Origin: Balanoglossus misakiensis | Taxonomy: Eukaryota > Animalia > Hemichordata | NCBI GenBank assembly: GCA_040954595.2 | Contig: CM082588.2 | Span: forward strand, 980,613-1,044,612 | DNA length: 64,000 nucleotides | Reading direction: 5' to 3' | Shown here: positions 50,901-63,723 of the stretch, one piece after another | Layout: each line of letters begins with the position of its first letter | Position numbering within the stretch: the stretch's first letter is position 1 | The notes under the pieces: generated by a model | The model's input: the letters and a program-made list of their open reading frames with translations, nothing else | Told to the model about the DNA's origin: nothing | Database searches by the model: none | Made by a program: the position numbers and the translations under genes

Positions 50901-52014
50901 AAGTGATAATTATCAGGTAAGTGATGTACAGCATTTGACCATCGCTGCTGTATGCTACATCAATGCATGATCACAGTCACATTTGGTGATGGTAGCAGAA
51001 AGTCAAAGAAGGTAATTAAATGGTAGATATTTTTAAAATGTTGCTTATCTTGATAACCTTGGTTTGAAAAGTCATAGGGCAACCTGTGTTGGTAGGTGAT
51101 AGGTCAGACTGTATATTTCATGTGTGGTATTATAAGATAGAATGGGCCTCGAAAATCAAAGTCAGCCATGTCTGTTTTATTCATGACAGGTGAGAGTGGA
51201 GGACTGCATACCAGCTCTTGAAGAGTACATCAAAGAAGGGAAACAGTTTGATTTTGTCATCAATGATCTCACAGCTATTCCTATAACAACAGAACCTCGA
51301 GGTAAGCAACCTTTAACCTTTGAACTGTGGCCTACTTGTACAAGTGCCATCATTTGAAATTTTCTGAGAAGCAGGATTAAAATTGCAATGAAATGATTTT
51401 TACCTTTGCCCATAAATAATGACATGGCCTTTTCTTACATCATCCTCACCTATTACAAATTTCAGGATCAGCATGGGATTTTCTAAGATTGATTCTGGAT
51501 TTATCCATGAAGGTTTTGAAACCAACTGGGAAGTATTACACTCAGGTATGTAGATGGTATACCACAACATGTCATTATATTGCTGTATATTTTGACTCCT
51601 ATACATGTATGAAAAGTTTTAATCATATTGAGAATGTTTTTCATCATCCTTGCTCTAACATGACTTGACTATCTTTTTAAATGCTTGATGTCTCTTTCAG
51701 GGCAATGGTGCAAATTCGACGGCAGCTTTAGCCATGTATGAGACGCAGCTTTCCCAATTATCATGTCCTGTGGATTTTCACAAGGAAACTGTGTGTGTCC
51801 CATCCTACCATGAATTGTATCCTTTCTGCCTCGAGAGGGCGCTATTTTGAAATGGGCACATGTTAATTTCTATGAATATGATAAAAGAAAACCTTAGATG
51901 GAACAAAAAAATCAAATCACTTCATTTTTACTAGAATTGAAAATGTTGCATGTATTTTCCTGAACTTCTCTCATCAGATGGGTCTTCTACGAAATCTGGA
52001 AGAAGCATACATAA
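47917..52014 (+). CDS. SMS: Spermine synthase. Exons 47917-47977, 48395-48521, 48902-49051, 49276-49451, 50582-50736, 50827-50916, 51190-51301, 51466-51545, 51701-51816, 51978-52014
   Basis: [87 protein letters not shown]. Confidence 0.96.
50737..50826 (+). other. SMS: U12-type AT-AC intron (90 nt) in SMS
   Basis: 5'ss ATATCCTTT, branch TTCCTTAAT (50808-50816), 3'ss gtgtAC. Removal joins VTMIE to IDQLVIDG in frame. Confidence 0.93.
51817..51977 (+). other. SMS: U12-type GT-AG intron (161 nt) in SMS
   Basis: 5'ss GTATCCTTT, branch-like TTCCTGAAC (51957-51965), 3'ss catcAG. Joins SYHE-L-WVFY. Confidence 0.9.
51826..51844 (+). promoter_or_regulatory. CTCF-like motif CTGCCTCGAGAGGGCGCTA inside the last SMS intron
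   Basis: Close match to the CTCF core, starting directly after the U12 5' splice site. Confidence 0.45.
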
Positions 52015-52975
52015 CCAGTTGGTCCAATGGAAAATTTTAACATTTTATGCTTTCTTTTTATACTTTCTTCAATGAACTTTAAGTGACAAAGTTTCTCTCT
52101 TTTTGACTAGAATCTATCTTGCACTTTCTGGCTCTATGAATCCATGAATGTCATCTAGAATTGTCTGTTTAAATTAGTGGTGTAAAACATTCAGGTTCTT
52201 GTAGAGGAGTTTGGGAATTTTAAATGTCTGTATGTGATTGAATAATAACACTGCTTTTCCCCCTTATTAATACAGTTGCCATGCCAACAGAATTCTGCGA
52301 CATATTCGCATTTTTCTTGTCGTACAAGAAACTTGAAATTTACTTGCATTGCAACTTCTAATTAAACCTTTTTTTAAAGTAGATTAATCTAGTGGATGTC
52401 ATGAAATTTATCATTTTTTTAAAATTTACTGCAGCATTGTTTTCTTAATACTGCAAAGTGGATTTTTTAAAACCTTTATTTGCATTAATATTCATGTGGT
52501 GTGTATATTTTCTTGTGTTGCAGTTTTGTTAAATTATTCACAAATACATGTGTACACGAGATACAAATTGTTGGTGCTTATTTTCCATTTCTTCAAATGT
52601 TTTTTAGATGACTGACACCCTCTAACAACCCACACATCATCATGATTCAAAAACATCAGAAATCCAGTATGACAAGATTGTGTCAGGTTTCTTTATTTCT
52701 ACAAATCTCAAATTGCTAAATTTACAATGGACGGAATACAAATCAATTACATTGGACAATAAAATTAAATACTATGCGAAATAATAAACATGAACTTTGT
52801 TGTATGACATTAAAGTAAAACCAAATGATGACAATCTCCAACACAGTGCAATATACGCATGTAAATTTCATACAGTATGCAAATTTTAGCACCTTGTAAA
52901 TATTAGCACTGCAGTACAGTACAACAATGTCCAAAGGATTGCCATTTCTGCAAAACATAGCATACCACTAGTTCC

Positions 52976-53518
52976 TTACCAAACCAGATTTTTCACTTGT
53001 TTTTCATACACATCTGGTATCCAACCAACTGCAGAATTCACCATACGTACTGTGTTCCTCCCATATAATCTATATTCATAGGTAATCAGCTGTTTCCAAA
53101 AACCCCAATTCGGACGAATAACAGAGCGCCTTGCTTTAATATATTCATACGCTTCTCGCAAAGTCAAGTTCTCGTGCTTCATTAAGTACGCCATACACAA
53201 TGAAGCTGAACGACTAACGCCTGCGACACAGTGAACCAGCGTTCTCCCACCTCGTAATTTCTCTTCTCGTATTTTATCTGCGACTCGTTCAAAATACGGT
53301 GACAATAATGACTGTGGTACGTCATTCACTGGTACTTGCATAGACGATATGTTTAAGCCTGTGGGTATTTTGGTGGGTGTTAGTGTAGCATTGACGATAA
53401 AGGTTATTCCTTTGATCCGCAAGTTAGTTGCACTGCTTGCTGCTGCTCCACTACTGAGGTATAGACTGTCTGTAATTGGTGACAGTGTATGGAAGACAGA
53501 GTACGAAAACATGGCCAT
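52976..53518 (-). CDS. Atypical dual-specificity phosphatase, DUSP14/18/21-like; single coding exon, probable 5'UTR intron (acceptor 53555)
   Basis: ITDSLYLS, VPVND, catalytic HCVAGVSRSA, AYLMK, IRPNWGFWKQLITYE, C-terminal SAVGWIPDVYE. 180 aa with no rhodanese domain. Confidence 0.93.
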   Translation of the reverse strand: MAMFSYSVFHTLSPITDSLYLSSGAAASSATNLRIKGITFIVNATLTPTKIPTGLNISSMQVPVNDVPQSLLSPYFERVADKIREEKLRGGRTLVHCVAGVSRSASLCMAYLMKHENLTLREAYEYIKARRSVIRPNWGFWKQLITYEYRLYGRNTVRMVNSAVGWIPDVYEKQVKNLVW

Positions 53519-54967
53519 CTTGAATTTGCCACACTACTGCGTACCAGGCAGAGTCTGTAACACAATCAGATCACAGAGTGAATAGGGCTAATTATTGAGA
53601 GAGAGGGAAAAATAAAAAGACAAGCAGAAGCAACAATATAGACATTAGAATTTGTAATGTTACTTTAAGAAATGAAACTATGACATCCAAGGATTAGCTA
53701 CCAACCTCTCAAATCAACATGTGTCTAATTGCTCAAAACACCTTACAAAATTGAAAATGGGGAAAGAAAGGGCAATGTACTAATAAGTTTCTGTATACGC
53801 CTTCCACTGTCACAATACAAAGGAAGACAATGATATTTATGTCATCATAAATGCCATAACCTCCATTAACAAACAGAAGTGTCTGTTATCATGGCAACGG
53901 TATACAAAAGGTACGTGCTGCTTTCATGGACACAACCGACAACGAATTGTAAATGGCACACATTGACAGTGAATACACTAAATTAACTTACCAACACACA
54001 GAAAAAATGTTGATATCCACGAAGTTGTCAGGACAGACAGTCTTTTTTAGATAAGGAATTACCGGTACACCTCCATGGATATGAACATGTATTGAATTTG
54101 AAACGTTACACTGTACCGGTATGAGACAGGGCGATGTGGTACACAGTCTGTCGGCAAACCTGGATGTCTTGCTGGAAACTATCACCTTGAAATGTGATTG
54201 TGATAATCAAAAGTTGTGATAAGAAATCTCCACTTCCGATCGCCTTCTTTCGGTAGACGAACGACCGGTATTTATGCGACTGTTTGCATTTCGTCTAGGC
54301 TGTGTATATTTCAGGTCGCGCAGACTCGTTCTCGTAAAGTAGATATTTACATATGACGTAATGTTTCAGTCAGTTTCAAGTTCGACCTTTAACCTTTATT
54401 CATTTAAAAATATATTTTAAGGAAATCATGAGCAGTGATTGATGAATGCCCAATTTTATACAGATTTTATTCACTTTTTATATATGTGCCAATCTCGCTT
54501 CACATACTGGGGTCAAATAAATAAAAAAGGCAATTTAGGTAGTCTGTCCAATGAAATGCCACCATCTGTCAAGCATGCGTATTGTACGCAAATTAGGATG
54601 GAAGAAACAGTTTTGTGATTGGTACTTTGATATCAATTTCGACTTGTGCATATATCCATTTGATTGTGAAACACCATAGGGAATTTATTTAACATTTGCC
54701 AGAATTCGAACATATCATTTCGTTCACTCCTTTTTGCAGAAGGAAATATTTATCAGTTGAATCAAATCGCTTCAGTCTTTAATGTTTATTTGTAAATGAG
54801 ATTCCATTGACCAATTAGACATCGCGTTGTATCTGGCCTTGGTATCACAGCTCACGTCTGTTCGTCTACTTCCACACATGAGTACTACGGCGTGAACAAC
54901 TCCAATGACCGGGTGAGTGTGACTATGACGACTGTGAGCTAGCGAAGTCTTGGTACGGTGTCGAACA

Positions 54968-56644
54968 ATGTCGTTTTATCATGGAATATTGCTGCATATT
55001 GTGCACATTATCATCGCCATCAGGGCGAGTGTTCAATCATGGTTTGCCCGAATCAGAACACCTTTACAGTTTCGGAAGAAACGGACACGGTCGAGATTGA
55101 AAGCTGACGCTAAATCACTGAAAAAACTTCCTATGCATGTTGGATTTGTGGTGCTGGAAGATGAGCTTTCGTACCAAGATATTGCCAATGTGATTGTCTG
55201 GTGTATGGCAATGGGAATATCGTATATAAGCTTATACGATACAGAAGGTGAGTGAGCGAAACGAGTGACTGCGTAGCTACTGAAGACGTGTGCCCAGTCA
55301 CGGCGTTATCAAGTTTTACGATCACTTGTTCGTATTAAAATCATTTATCATGGACAACCTTTGATCAGGTCACATTATAATATAATGGAGACTTCTAAAT
55401 TGGACAATGGAAGAATACCAGTCAACAACTTGCTACAGGCAAATGTGTCAAGGACACACTGTTTTCATGCAGACACTGAGACAGACGTTGAACACATGCA
55501 AGCTACTTCCGCATTAGATTAGTACAATGTAATACGCCCCTTGACGTTGATGTCCATGATGCAACATTGCACCATCAAACCATGGACTCTCACAATCTTT
55601 GCCTCTGGTTTGGTATGCCTCAGTACATTATTAAGAATACATGGTGGTGTCTATTTCAATCATGAACTACATTTCATCTTCTACAGCACTGATTTTACAC
55701 TATCTCTTATTAGCTGAATGATAGCTTTGGTTGTTTGATTTGTAAGAAAACTGAATGTAATCATTTTATTGCAGGTGTTTTTAAAAGAAATAATGTATTA
55801 TTGAACGATGAAATTTTGAAGAGTCAAGAAGAAATCCTTGGTGATGAATCAACAAAATATAGCTATCAAGTTTATAAAAGTGGAAAAGTGTTCAAAAACA
55901 AAGGTGAGCATCTTGAACTTTTATGGGTAATAAAGAGAAGACTAATGGTAGCATGATGTCATATTGTTGATATAAAGTTTGATGTAGGGATTGGTTGGGT
56001 CTTTTTACTTATTCAAATCCTGTTCGATCTTTGCACTAGGTTTTACAACCAGCAGAGTTCATATAAATTTGTTATCACTACAAGATGGTAGGCAGGACAT
56101 TGCCAATGCTACTAAACAATTATGTTTGGAAGTTGCATCTAAAAGAAGGAATATTCAAGATCTTGAAATATCAACTTTAGCTTGTCAACTTCAAGGTAGG
56201 TGTAATTAATCATTTACTTTCTGATCATATGTGACTTACTTGTGATTACATGTATCTCATCTTGGGTTCCCAAACCATTTACCACATTACATCTAAAAAT
56301 AATTTCTTTTTCTTTTTCTACAGGAAGTAATTTTCCAGACCCAGATGTTGTATTCAAATTTGGTGAAGTAGAGAGTATACTAGGCTTTCTTCCATTTCAA
56401 ATAAGATTATCAGAAATATTGTAAGTATTGACTTCCACAAAGTCTTTTTGAAAGATATTAAACAGCTCAGCTCTGCATATATTCTCTCAAAATTGGTTTG
56501 ATATCTACCCATTCCTGTTTGCTAACAAAGTGTAATGTTTGTTCTATTTGCAGGTCTATATCCACTCATCGGAAGATTGATTATGATGCCTTTATGTCCA
56601 AAATGATTGCTTATGCAGGAACAGAACAGCGATGTGGTAAATAA
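54968..56644 (+). CDS. NUS1: Dehydrodolichyl diphosphate synthase subunit NUS1/NgBR. Exons 54968-55247, 55775-55903, 56040-56195, 56324-56420, 56554-56644
   Basis: [55 protein letters not shown]...[13 protein letters not shown]-terminal RxG motif EQRCGK*. Confidence 0.96.
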
Positions 56645-57714
56645 CGTTACCAAAGCAACAACAAAACTTCTTGATCAATTTACTGTCATGAAGAGATCCT
56701 ATGGTGGACAAGGAATATAGCTGTTGGTCAGAGTAGACTGTTTTAAAAGTTATATACATGTACAGTCTTGTGCCATCCAAGCCCAACATTTCAACTGACT
56801 TAACTAGAATGAACATAACTTCTGTCTTACTGGCAAAATCCACTCTTTCAAAATATACACTCTGGAGGGAACCGTGGGCCAAAGGGTTAAGTGGTCTTCT
56901 TTCACGCTAAGTTGTATGATGTACTATAACTCATGGCATGTCTAATGTGTAGGCCTAGAATAATGTCAACTCCTATCAAGTTTGTTAAATTTAGCGTTGG
57001 TATATTAGCTTACTTGCCACATAGCCATGGACCCCCCAGTACACTGAACCGAGTACTTACCAAAATGTCAATTTGAAGTTGCTGTTAATATTGGCATGAA
57101 TATTAAATGATGGGGAAAACAACTCCAAGTGTTCTCTTTCTTTGGAAGAGTTTAGTGTTAGAATCTCATCTCGGCCTTCATTGTTGAATCAGTCTTTTTT
57201 TTTTTGCTGTAGACAGCCTTGTTGGGATAATATGATTTATTATTTATTTCACTGGAATAATTTCCCCTGATATGAGAGTTTTATTATGATTTTACAATGA
57301 GTAATAAAAATAAACTACATGTAACAGTATATTAACAACAGAAAATCTGCTTTGTTCCTCTTATGCTAGAGTTTTATTTTCACTGATGTTAAATTGACAG
57401 CGCACAAAATGGCAATAAATAATGATTACAGTGTCTGTCAATGTTTCAGACCATATACGTACACAGCTAAATTTTGTAATAATGTTATATGGCATAAATG
57501 GTACGTACACCCACCCCTGTGTTGGGATGTACACGCAAGATGTGGGCATAAATCATGCAGTGTAAACGCAGCACAACCCAGTTGGATAGGGTCTGACAAA
57601 TCAGAAATAAAGTCTGTATGATAATAGTATTCTGCCATAACAGAATAGAAAACTGGCATTAAAAACCACCTGGTTTATATTAACCCGAACTTTTCCCAGA
57701 ATTCAAATCTTGTG

Positions 57715-57733
57715 CAGTGCCCTCTAGTGGCAA
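57715..57733 (-). promoter_or_regulatory. CTCF-like motif TTGCCACTAGAGGGCACTG
   Basis: Strong match to the CTCF core, between the convergent 3' ends of NUS1 and the adhesion GPCR. Confidence 0.55.
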
Positions 57734-58650
57734 ACTTTAGAATACTTTTGTTATAGATGAAGGGTTAAAAATGATTGGGTGGTCAGTTTATTGAAGTCTG
57801 ATGTAGAAACACCTAGAAAAACATCATTCAGTCTGAGTTTGTGATAAACATTTACCCTTTACAAGGATTCTGCTTTGCCAAGACGCAAGCAAAAATTTGA
57901 AAGTGTGCCACCCCATAATGGTCATTCAAAGACTTGACACGCCCTTAAACAATATATGGGCATATATAAATTACAGGAGGTTATACACCTTATTTTTAAA
58001 TTCATAGACAAATACATAGTATACAAAACTTTACAACAAAATGGGTGATTTAGAATTTTAATTGGTTTAATATTCCACAATCATCAGGTCCAGCCTAGGA
58101 TGTATATATATTTAACAACTCATTGCCTGAAGGAAGATCTTTGCGGCGGTCAAGTGACACGGCTTTGTCCGAAGCAATTTTTCATATACTCTTGGAGCTG
58201 AATGCTATTCTAGATGCAGTAAAGGTAATGTACATTTTATTTTATTTACTAGTATATCTAATTACTTTCATAACTTCTATCTAGGATCATAAATATACTT
58301 TTCAAAATTAATAATATAATCTAGGGAAACTGATTCTCAGGAAATAGGTTAGATTATTTAAGAAAGTCTATGGTAGATATGGAGGTGTTTTCATATTGAT
58401 ATCTGTCACTCAAATGATTAGGGCAACCTTGTCACCCAAAATGTCTCGAGACGATATCAAATTTAATACCCATCACAGAGATAGAAATCACAATTCTTTA
58501 TACCCATATGGCATGCTGTCCTTGATTTGAATGCACCATACTTTACTCAAGTACTTAATAAGTCTTGTGTCAATAATGCGTTGCCAACCAGCTCGAAAAT
58601 GCAGCATCAGATATTCAGCCATCTAGCTCTTCTGTTCAGGAAACATGAAC

Positions 58651-61600
58651 TCACTGCTTTCCTTCAATATTGTCCGGGCAATTCAGAGTGGTCACGGAAT
58701 TGTCGTCCAGGTGATCTTTGATGCTGGAGAAACTGGTCAACACCTAGTGGGAAAAAGTGATAGAGTCTAGAGAAAATTTCCACCTTGAGTCCAACCACAC
58801 ATGTAGATCAGTGGGATTAAACCATAGTACAATGATGAGAGGGGAAAGTTCAATATACTCACTGGATCATCAATGATAATGCTAGGTGGAGTAGCAATGA
58901 CATAATCTTCCACATCTTGTACTGAGCATGCATTGGAGCTTGTGGTAACTTGACGACTCGTCAAAATGCCCTATCAAACCAGAAATTAAGTGAAAAGGGT
59001 GTAGTCAGCGCATGGTATTAAAAGACAACTTTAACCAGAATAGCTTTTAACTTTTTGCCAATCTTCACTCAGATACTCTCTGTTGTTCTTTGTGTTTCAA
59101 ATTCAAGGATCACTGCTTCATCAAAAGAATTATGAAATGCTTACCCCTGTACTTGAAATTAGCTCCATTTTCGTAATTTCGCGGATATGTTTCTTCCTTT
59201 GTATCGCATTTCGCATCTGTTGACAAAACCCTCGGCATTACAGTTACAAGCCAATACAGATTTCTTGTAGGTAAACTGTGTGTAATTATACTCATACTTG
59301 ATTTTAACACTGGTTTTCTTGAGCACTATTTCTGGTGTGTCCAACAGCAATGAATGATTATAACAGATATAGAAACTAAAATTTGTTCAGAGATATCTTA
59401 CCTCAGTATTCAGTAAAATGTGAAAAGTAAACACAAACAACCCCTGCAAAAAGACAACAGGAAAAACGATTAGATATCATATGATATTCAGGGTTAGGAA
59501 AAGCTAACAGCAATGCAAGTGCAAAAGTGAAATTTAAAACTTACCTGTAAAGAGTTTAATATTGTGAAGAGGTAAAGAAAGACAACTGTGTCATTGTTGA
59601 TGGCAAAGAAACCAACCACCCATGTGAGTCCCAGCAACGGGAGAAGCATCAATGTGCTGCGAATAGAGGCTCGGCTGTACCAACAGAAAAAAAATAAACC
59701 TAAGCTAAATTTCAAATTCCCATTAATATTTGACCATTGAACAACATTACCATCATAGGTTCAATCATTAGGATATTACATCAGATTGACTTCTTGGAGA
59801 GAAAGTCTGTTCAAATACTCTGCAGTACCTGGCATTATCTTTGCTGTATCCTGCACCATCTCTGGCCTCAGACGCTGAGTAAACAACTTTGACAACACAA
59901 ATTAAGATAAATGTGTTGATCTAAAAGAATGAATGATAGCAGATGAAATCAGAAGTTAGTTTGGAAACTATTGGTTTTGGTCTTCTCCAGCCCACAATGG
60001 GAAACAATGACATGGAAATATTTCGCTGACTTTGAATTAGAATATTCCAAGTGCATAGTGTATATCATGTGCTGCCTGTGAATCTGTATAGAGCCAGTAC
60101 ATTTCTATGGCTGAAGCATTACTCATCAGAGCCATCAATTATGTTGTGTGTAATATGTTAGTACCATTGGACTTACCAGAATAATGGCGAGAACTGGTGC
60201 AGCAAAAAACCAAATCAAACCACTCTGACTTGATAACCAACAACTGTAACAAAATCAGTTAGAAAAACCGTGAATGATAAATTTTACAAATAATGAAAGA
60301 AAGTTTAAAAATCAGGTATGTCCCTCCTTTGAAAATGCTGTTCAAAACCCTTTTTCTTTTTTAAAGGCATGTGACTCAGCCTGTTTTTATCGAATGATTT
60401 CTGTGAACATAATGAGCTATATTGGTGAAAACACTGACCTTTGACCCTCTCCATACTCGTTCCAACCAATAGCAATTGTGATACTAACCATAATAGCCGG
60501 TAATCCTGTCAATTGATTAATAAAAATGTTCATAATACAACAAAACTTAATTAAGAAAGAATTCAGTCTGTTTCATAGGAAGGAAATTGACTTAGACAAA
60601 ATATCCAGGTGTCAAGTCTGGAAACTAGCGTTTCCTTGACGATTCAATACTTGTATAGTTACCCCAGCTTGTAAGATAGTAATAATTCATCCAACTTGTC
60701 TCACTTCCATAAACACGGACAACTTGCCGGTAGAGCTGTACCCCTTCTATCAACATCCATAGGAACATTGCAGTTGATGAGTAGTGGACAAGAATGGCTG
60801 ATATCTTGCAGAAGATCTACAACAAACAAAAAATCGCTGAGATACAAAGCATATGGTTATTCAGAGACCCCCCCCAATAGATAGACAGACAGAGACATAA
60901 TTAATATATACAAACAGTGGGAGCTAGAAGCCAGAAATAAATAGAAGTGTGGATTCAACACACTTACCCTGTCACTGACAATCGCACTGCTAATTAGTAT
61001 TGTCAGTTGCAGCAAGAACATTGCCACCAGCAGGTGTTTATGTATTGTCATGCGTTCAGAAACCAAGGTGGACCTAAAAGAAAACACCAGGTGCAAATGA
61101 TTAGCAATTTATTCACCCTGTATTTTCACCAGAAAATGTCTTTAAGTAAGTTGTTAAGCATGGAAAATCAAAATTCCGTTGAATAATCAGTGATGTCCTG
61201 AAGTAATTATATATACATGCATGTAAAAGTTTTCTCAGGTGGTAACAGTAATAGAGGAATATAGGATTACCGTAAGCATATATAGAGGGCGAAAGCTGTC
61301 ATCAAAGCCATCAGTGAAATAGCGCCACCAACCAGACTGATGTAGGAGAGGATTTGGCCATGGAAAGGGTCGAGCTGGAAACACATATAGAAATGTTAGG
61401 GGCATTTTTGCATTAACATCTACGAAAGGATTTGAAAATTTAAACATCTCCAGATAATCTAGCTTGGGTTAGAACATCAATACAATTTTACAAATCTCAC
61501 CTTAAACGGTACGATCTGTAAGAGCACTGCAAAATTTGTAGTGTGATCACAGTGGCACGTGACTTGAGTTTCACTTTTGCTTTCTATCCTACATCCTGCC

Positions 61601-63723
61601 GTCTGCCAACGTTCATCCCTGAAATATTGTTGATTCAAATCTCGGTCAGTGGAAGCAATGCTATCATTCATGTTCAGATAATGTACTGTATGAAAAGAAC
61701 ATATTTCTCTAAAGAAAATCAGTAAAGCTCTTTAAACAATGAATCTTGGTAACAATCACATATACCAACTGCCCTTGTTGTAATATTTCCGCCAAAGTCG
61801 AAGTTATGATACAGATTATGAGGTACATTGCAAGAATCCATAATAGGAAATCAAATGAGAGGAACTGGTAAACTTACATATTAGCGAAATCCAAATATGA
61901 ACAGGCTATCCCATGATCCCTTGTTTCCCGTGTTGCCAAATCCTATGAATATAATGTCAATAAACGAATGGACATTTTGTAATGGTGTGTGGTAGTTGGT
62001 TACTAGTATTCGAAGTACAATGTACACAGACTTAGGTTTCTCCACACAAAAATCGCCTAGGATTATTTCTATAACTTTTTACACGTGTAAGATAACTCTT
62101 TTCTGCAGTCCGTACACATATTTACCTGTAACGTCAGAGAAAATGTTGCAGGAACACTGACGACGTCATCACAGTAGGCAAGAGTGGTGGACACGATATT
62201 ACTGCCCAGAACTCTGTCGCTTTGCTGATCGCTTACTCCACGGTACAACACTCCTACTGTTACCATGGAAGCTAGAAAAATACACGATAAATAATGAAGT
62301 GTTAGGCGTTGGTATATAGCATAAGACTATTAAGTTGTGGCCACCAACACAACGATAGTATTGTAAATGAAACCTTCCCAAACTTAGAGTTTTCTTCTGG
62401 ATGTTACATGTACATGGTCACCCCTTGTTAGTCCGGAAACCATTTTGTATACATCATATATTGCTATATGAAATATTATTTATTTGTAATTGCGTCACTT
62501 AGATGTCGTAACAAGTCAATTGACCTCCCTTTTCCATCCTTACCGTTGACATTACAATTGTCATTGATTGTTGGCATGACGATATCGATCGTGTCATCGT
62601 CCCAGGCAACTTTATCACCGTCATCACCACCAAAAGACTGACTTGGAAATCTCCATTTTCTGTGAACGGTTTCCTTCTCTCGCGCTTCAATTTCCAGGTC
62701 TGAAAACAATCATATATGAGGAGGTTTAATCTTAGGTTGCCCATGGTACTTCTAAAATGTTTTTAAAATTTTCATAGTTTGATTTTGCTTGTTCAATTTT
62801 TAGTACGCGACCTGTCAAAGGTTACAGTAAAACATAATGTCCAGAACAAAACGCGCAAACCATTTTGATGATAAAGCGACGTGTGGAAGAAATAATCATA
62901 TTGCTTACATATTGAATCCGTCGAAAGGCAAATGGTATCACCCACTTGTAGCATTGACGAAATTCGTAACATAACTTCATCGATCGCAAACGGCACGTAC
63001 GGAAATAAGTCTGGATGCTATAAATGGAAAGAAAATGTGGATTATATGAAAGTTCTATTGGACAATGTTAGTTAACACCAACTGTAAATTTCACAAAACA
63101 AATGACACATAATCATACCTCCCGCAGTATGTCTGTTGATTGCTGAACAATTATCTGCAAGTAAAAATATTAAACTTGAGTTTATCATAAGTATAAAGTT
63201 TCAACATTATTGACACTCGAAAGAATGAATATCCATGATAAAAATGGTAAAGAAATACATATACTTCATGTTTCTGTAGAGATGACTCCAATTTTCCAGT
63301 CTGGGAGTCGATAATAATGATTTTAGGGTTAAACGGGTTACGGACAGAAATGTAATACATGCATACTTACATTTATCATTTCCAATATTATCTGTAAATT
63401 ATTGGATTTGTTGACAAGTTGTACCTCCTCCAATAGGTAAAGAAATGATATCTTCATTTCTGTGTCGTTTGATAGCGACCTACTCCACCCATATTGTCTC
63501 CTGTCTATTGTCACGCGACCTGGTTCGGGCTCAGTTGGAAACCTGGACGAAGCGGTACTGTCAGTTGGTACAAGGGTTGGAATTTTATTTGTCTGGAGCA
63601 TTGCGTTTGTTGTCATGGCACGGGTCCGTGATGATGAATCGTTGGCCTCTGATGATGTTTCATTAAATCCACTAGGCGTACCGGGTGCCGTGTTTGGTGT
63701 TATCGGTTCGACACTTGTTGCTT
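58651..63723 (-). CDS. Adhesion GPCR, ADGRD1/GPR133-like (5'-partial; C-terminal end uncertain, may splice to a further exon near 58180)
   Basis: Ser/Thr/Pro stalk exon (63723-63371) and GAIN-like exons (VLGSNIVS). GPS exon 61618-61501 WQTAGC...TCHCDHTTNFAVLLQIVP. 7TM exons include IHKHL, FLWMLIEGVQLYRQVVRVYGSE..YYY..WG, LLPLLGLTWVVGF and LFTILNSLQ/GLFVF; helix 8 reads MRNAIQRKK. Confidence 0.9.

Noticed and set aside
28377-57768. Short TTAACCC.../...GGGTTAA fragments (28377, 56884, 57762) as piggyBac-type MITE ends
   Set aside because: Too short and unpaired to support a mobile-element call without a repeat library.
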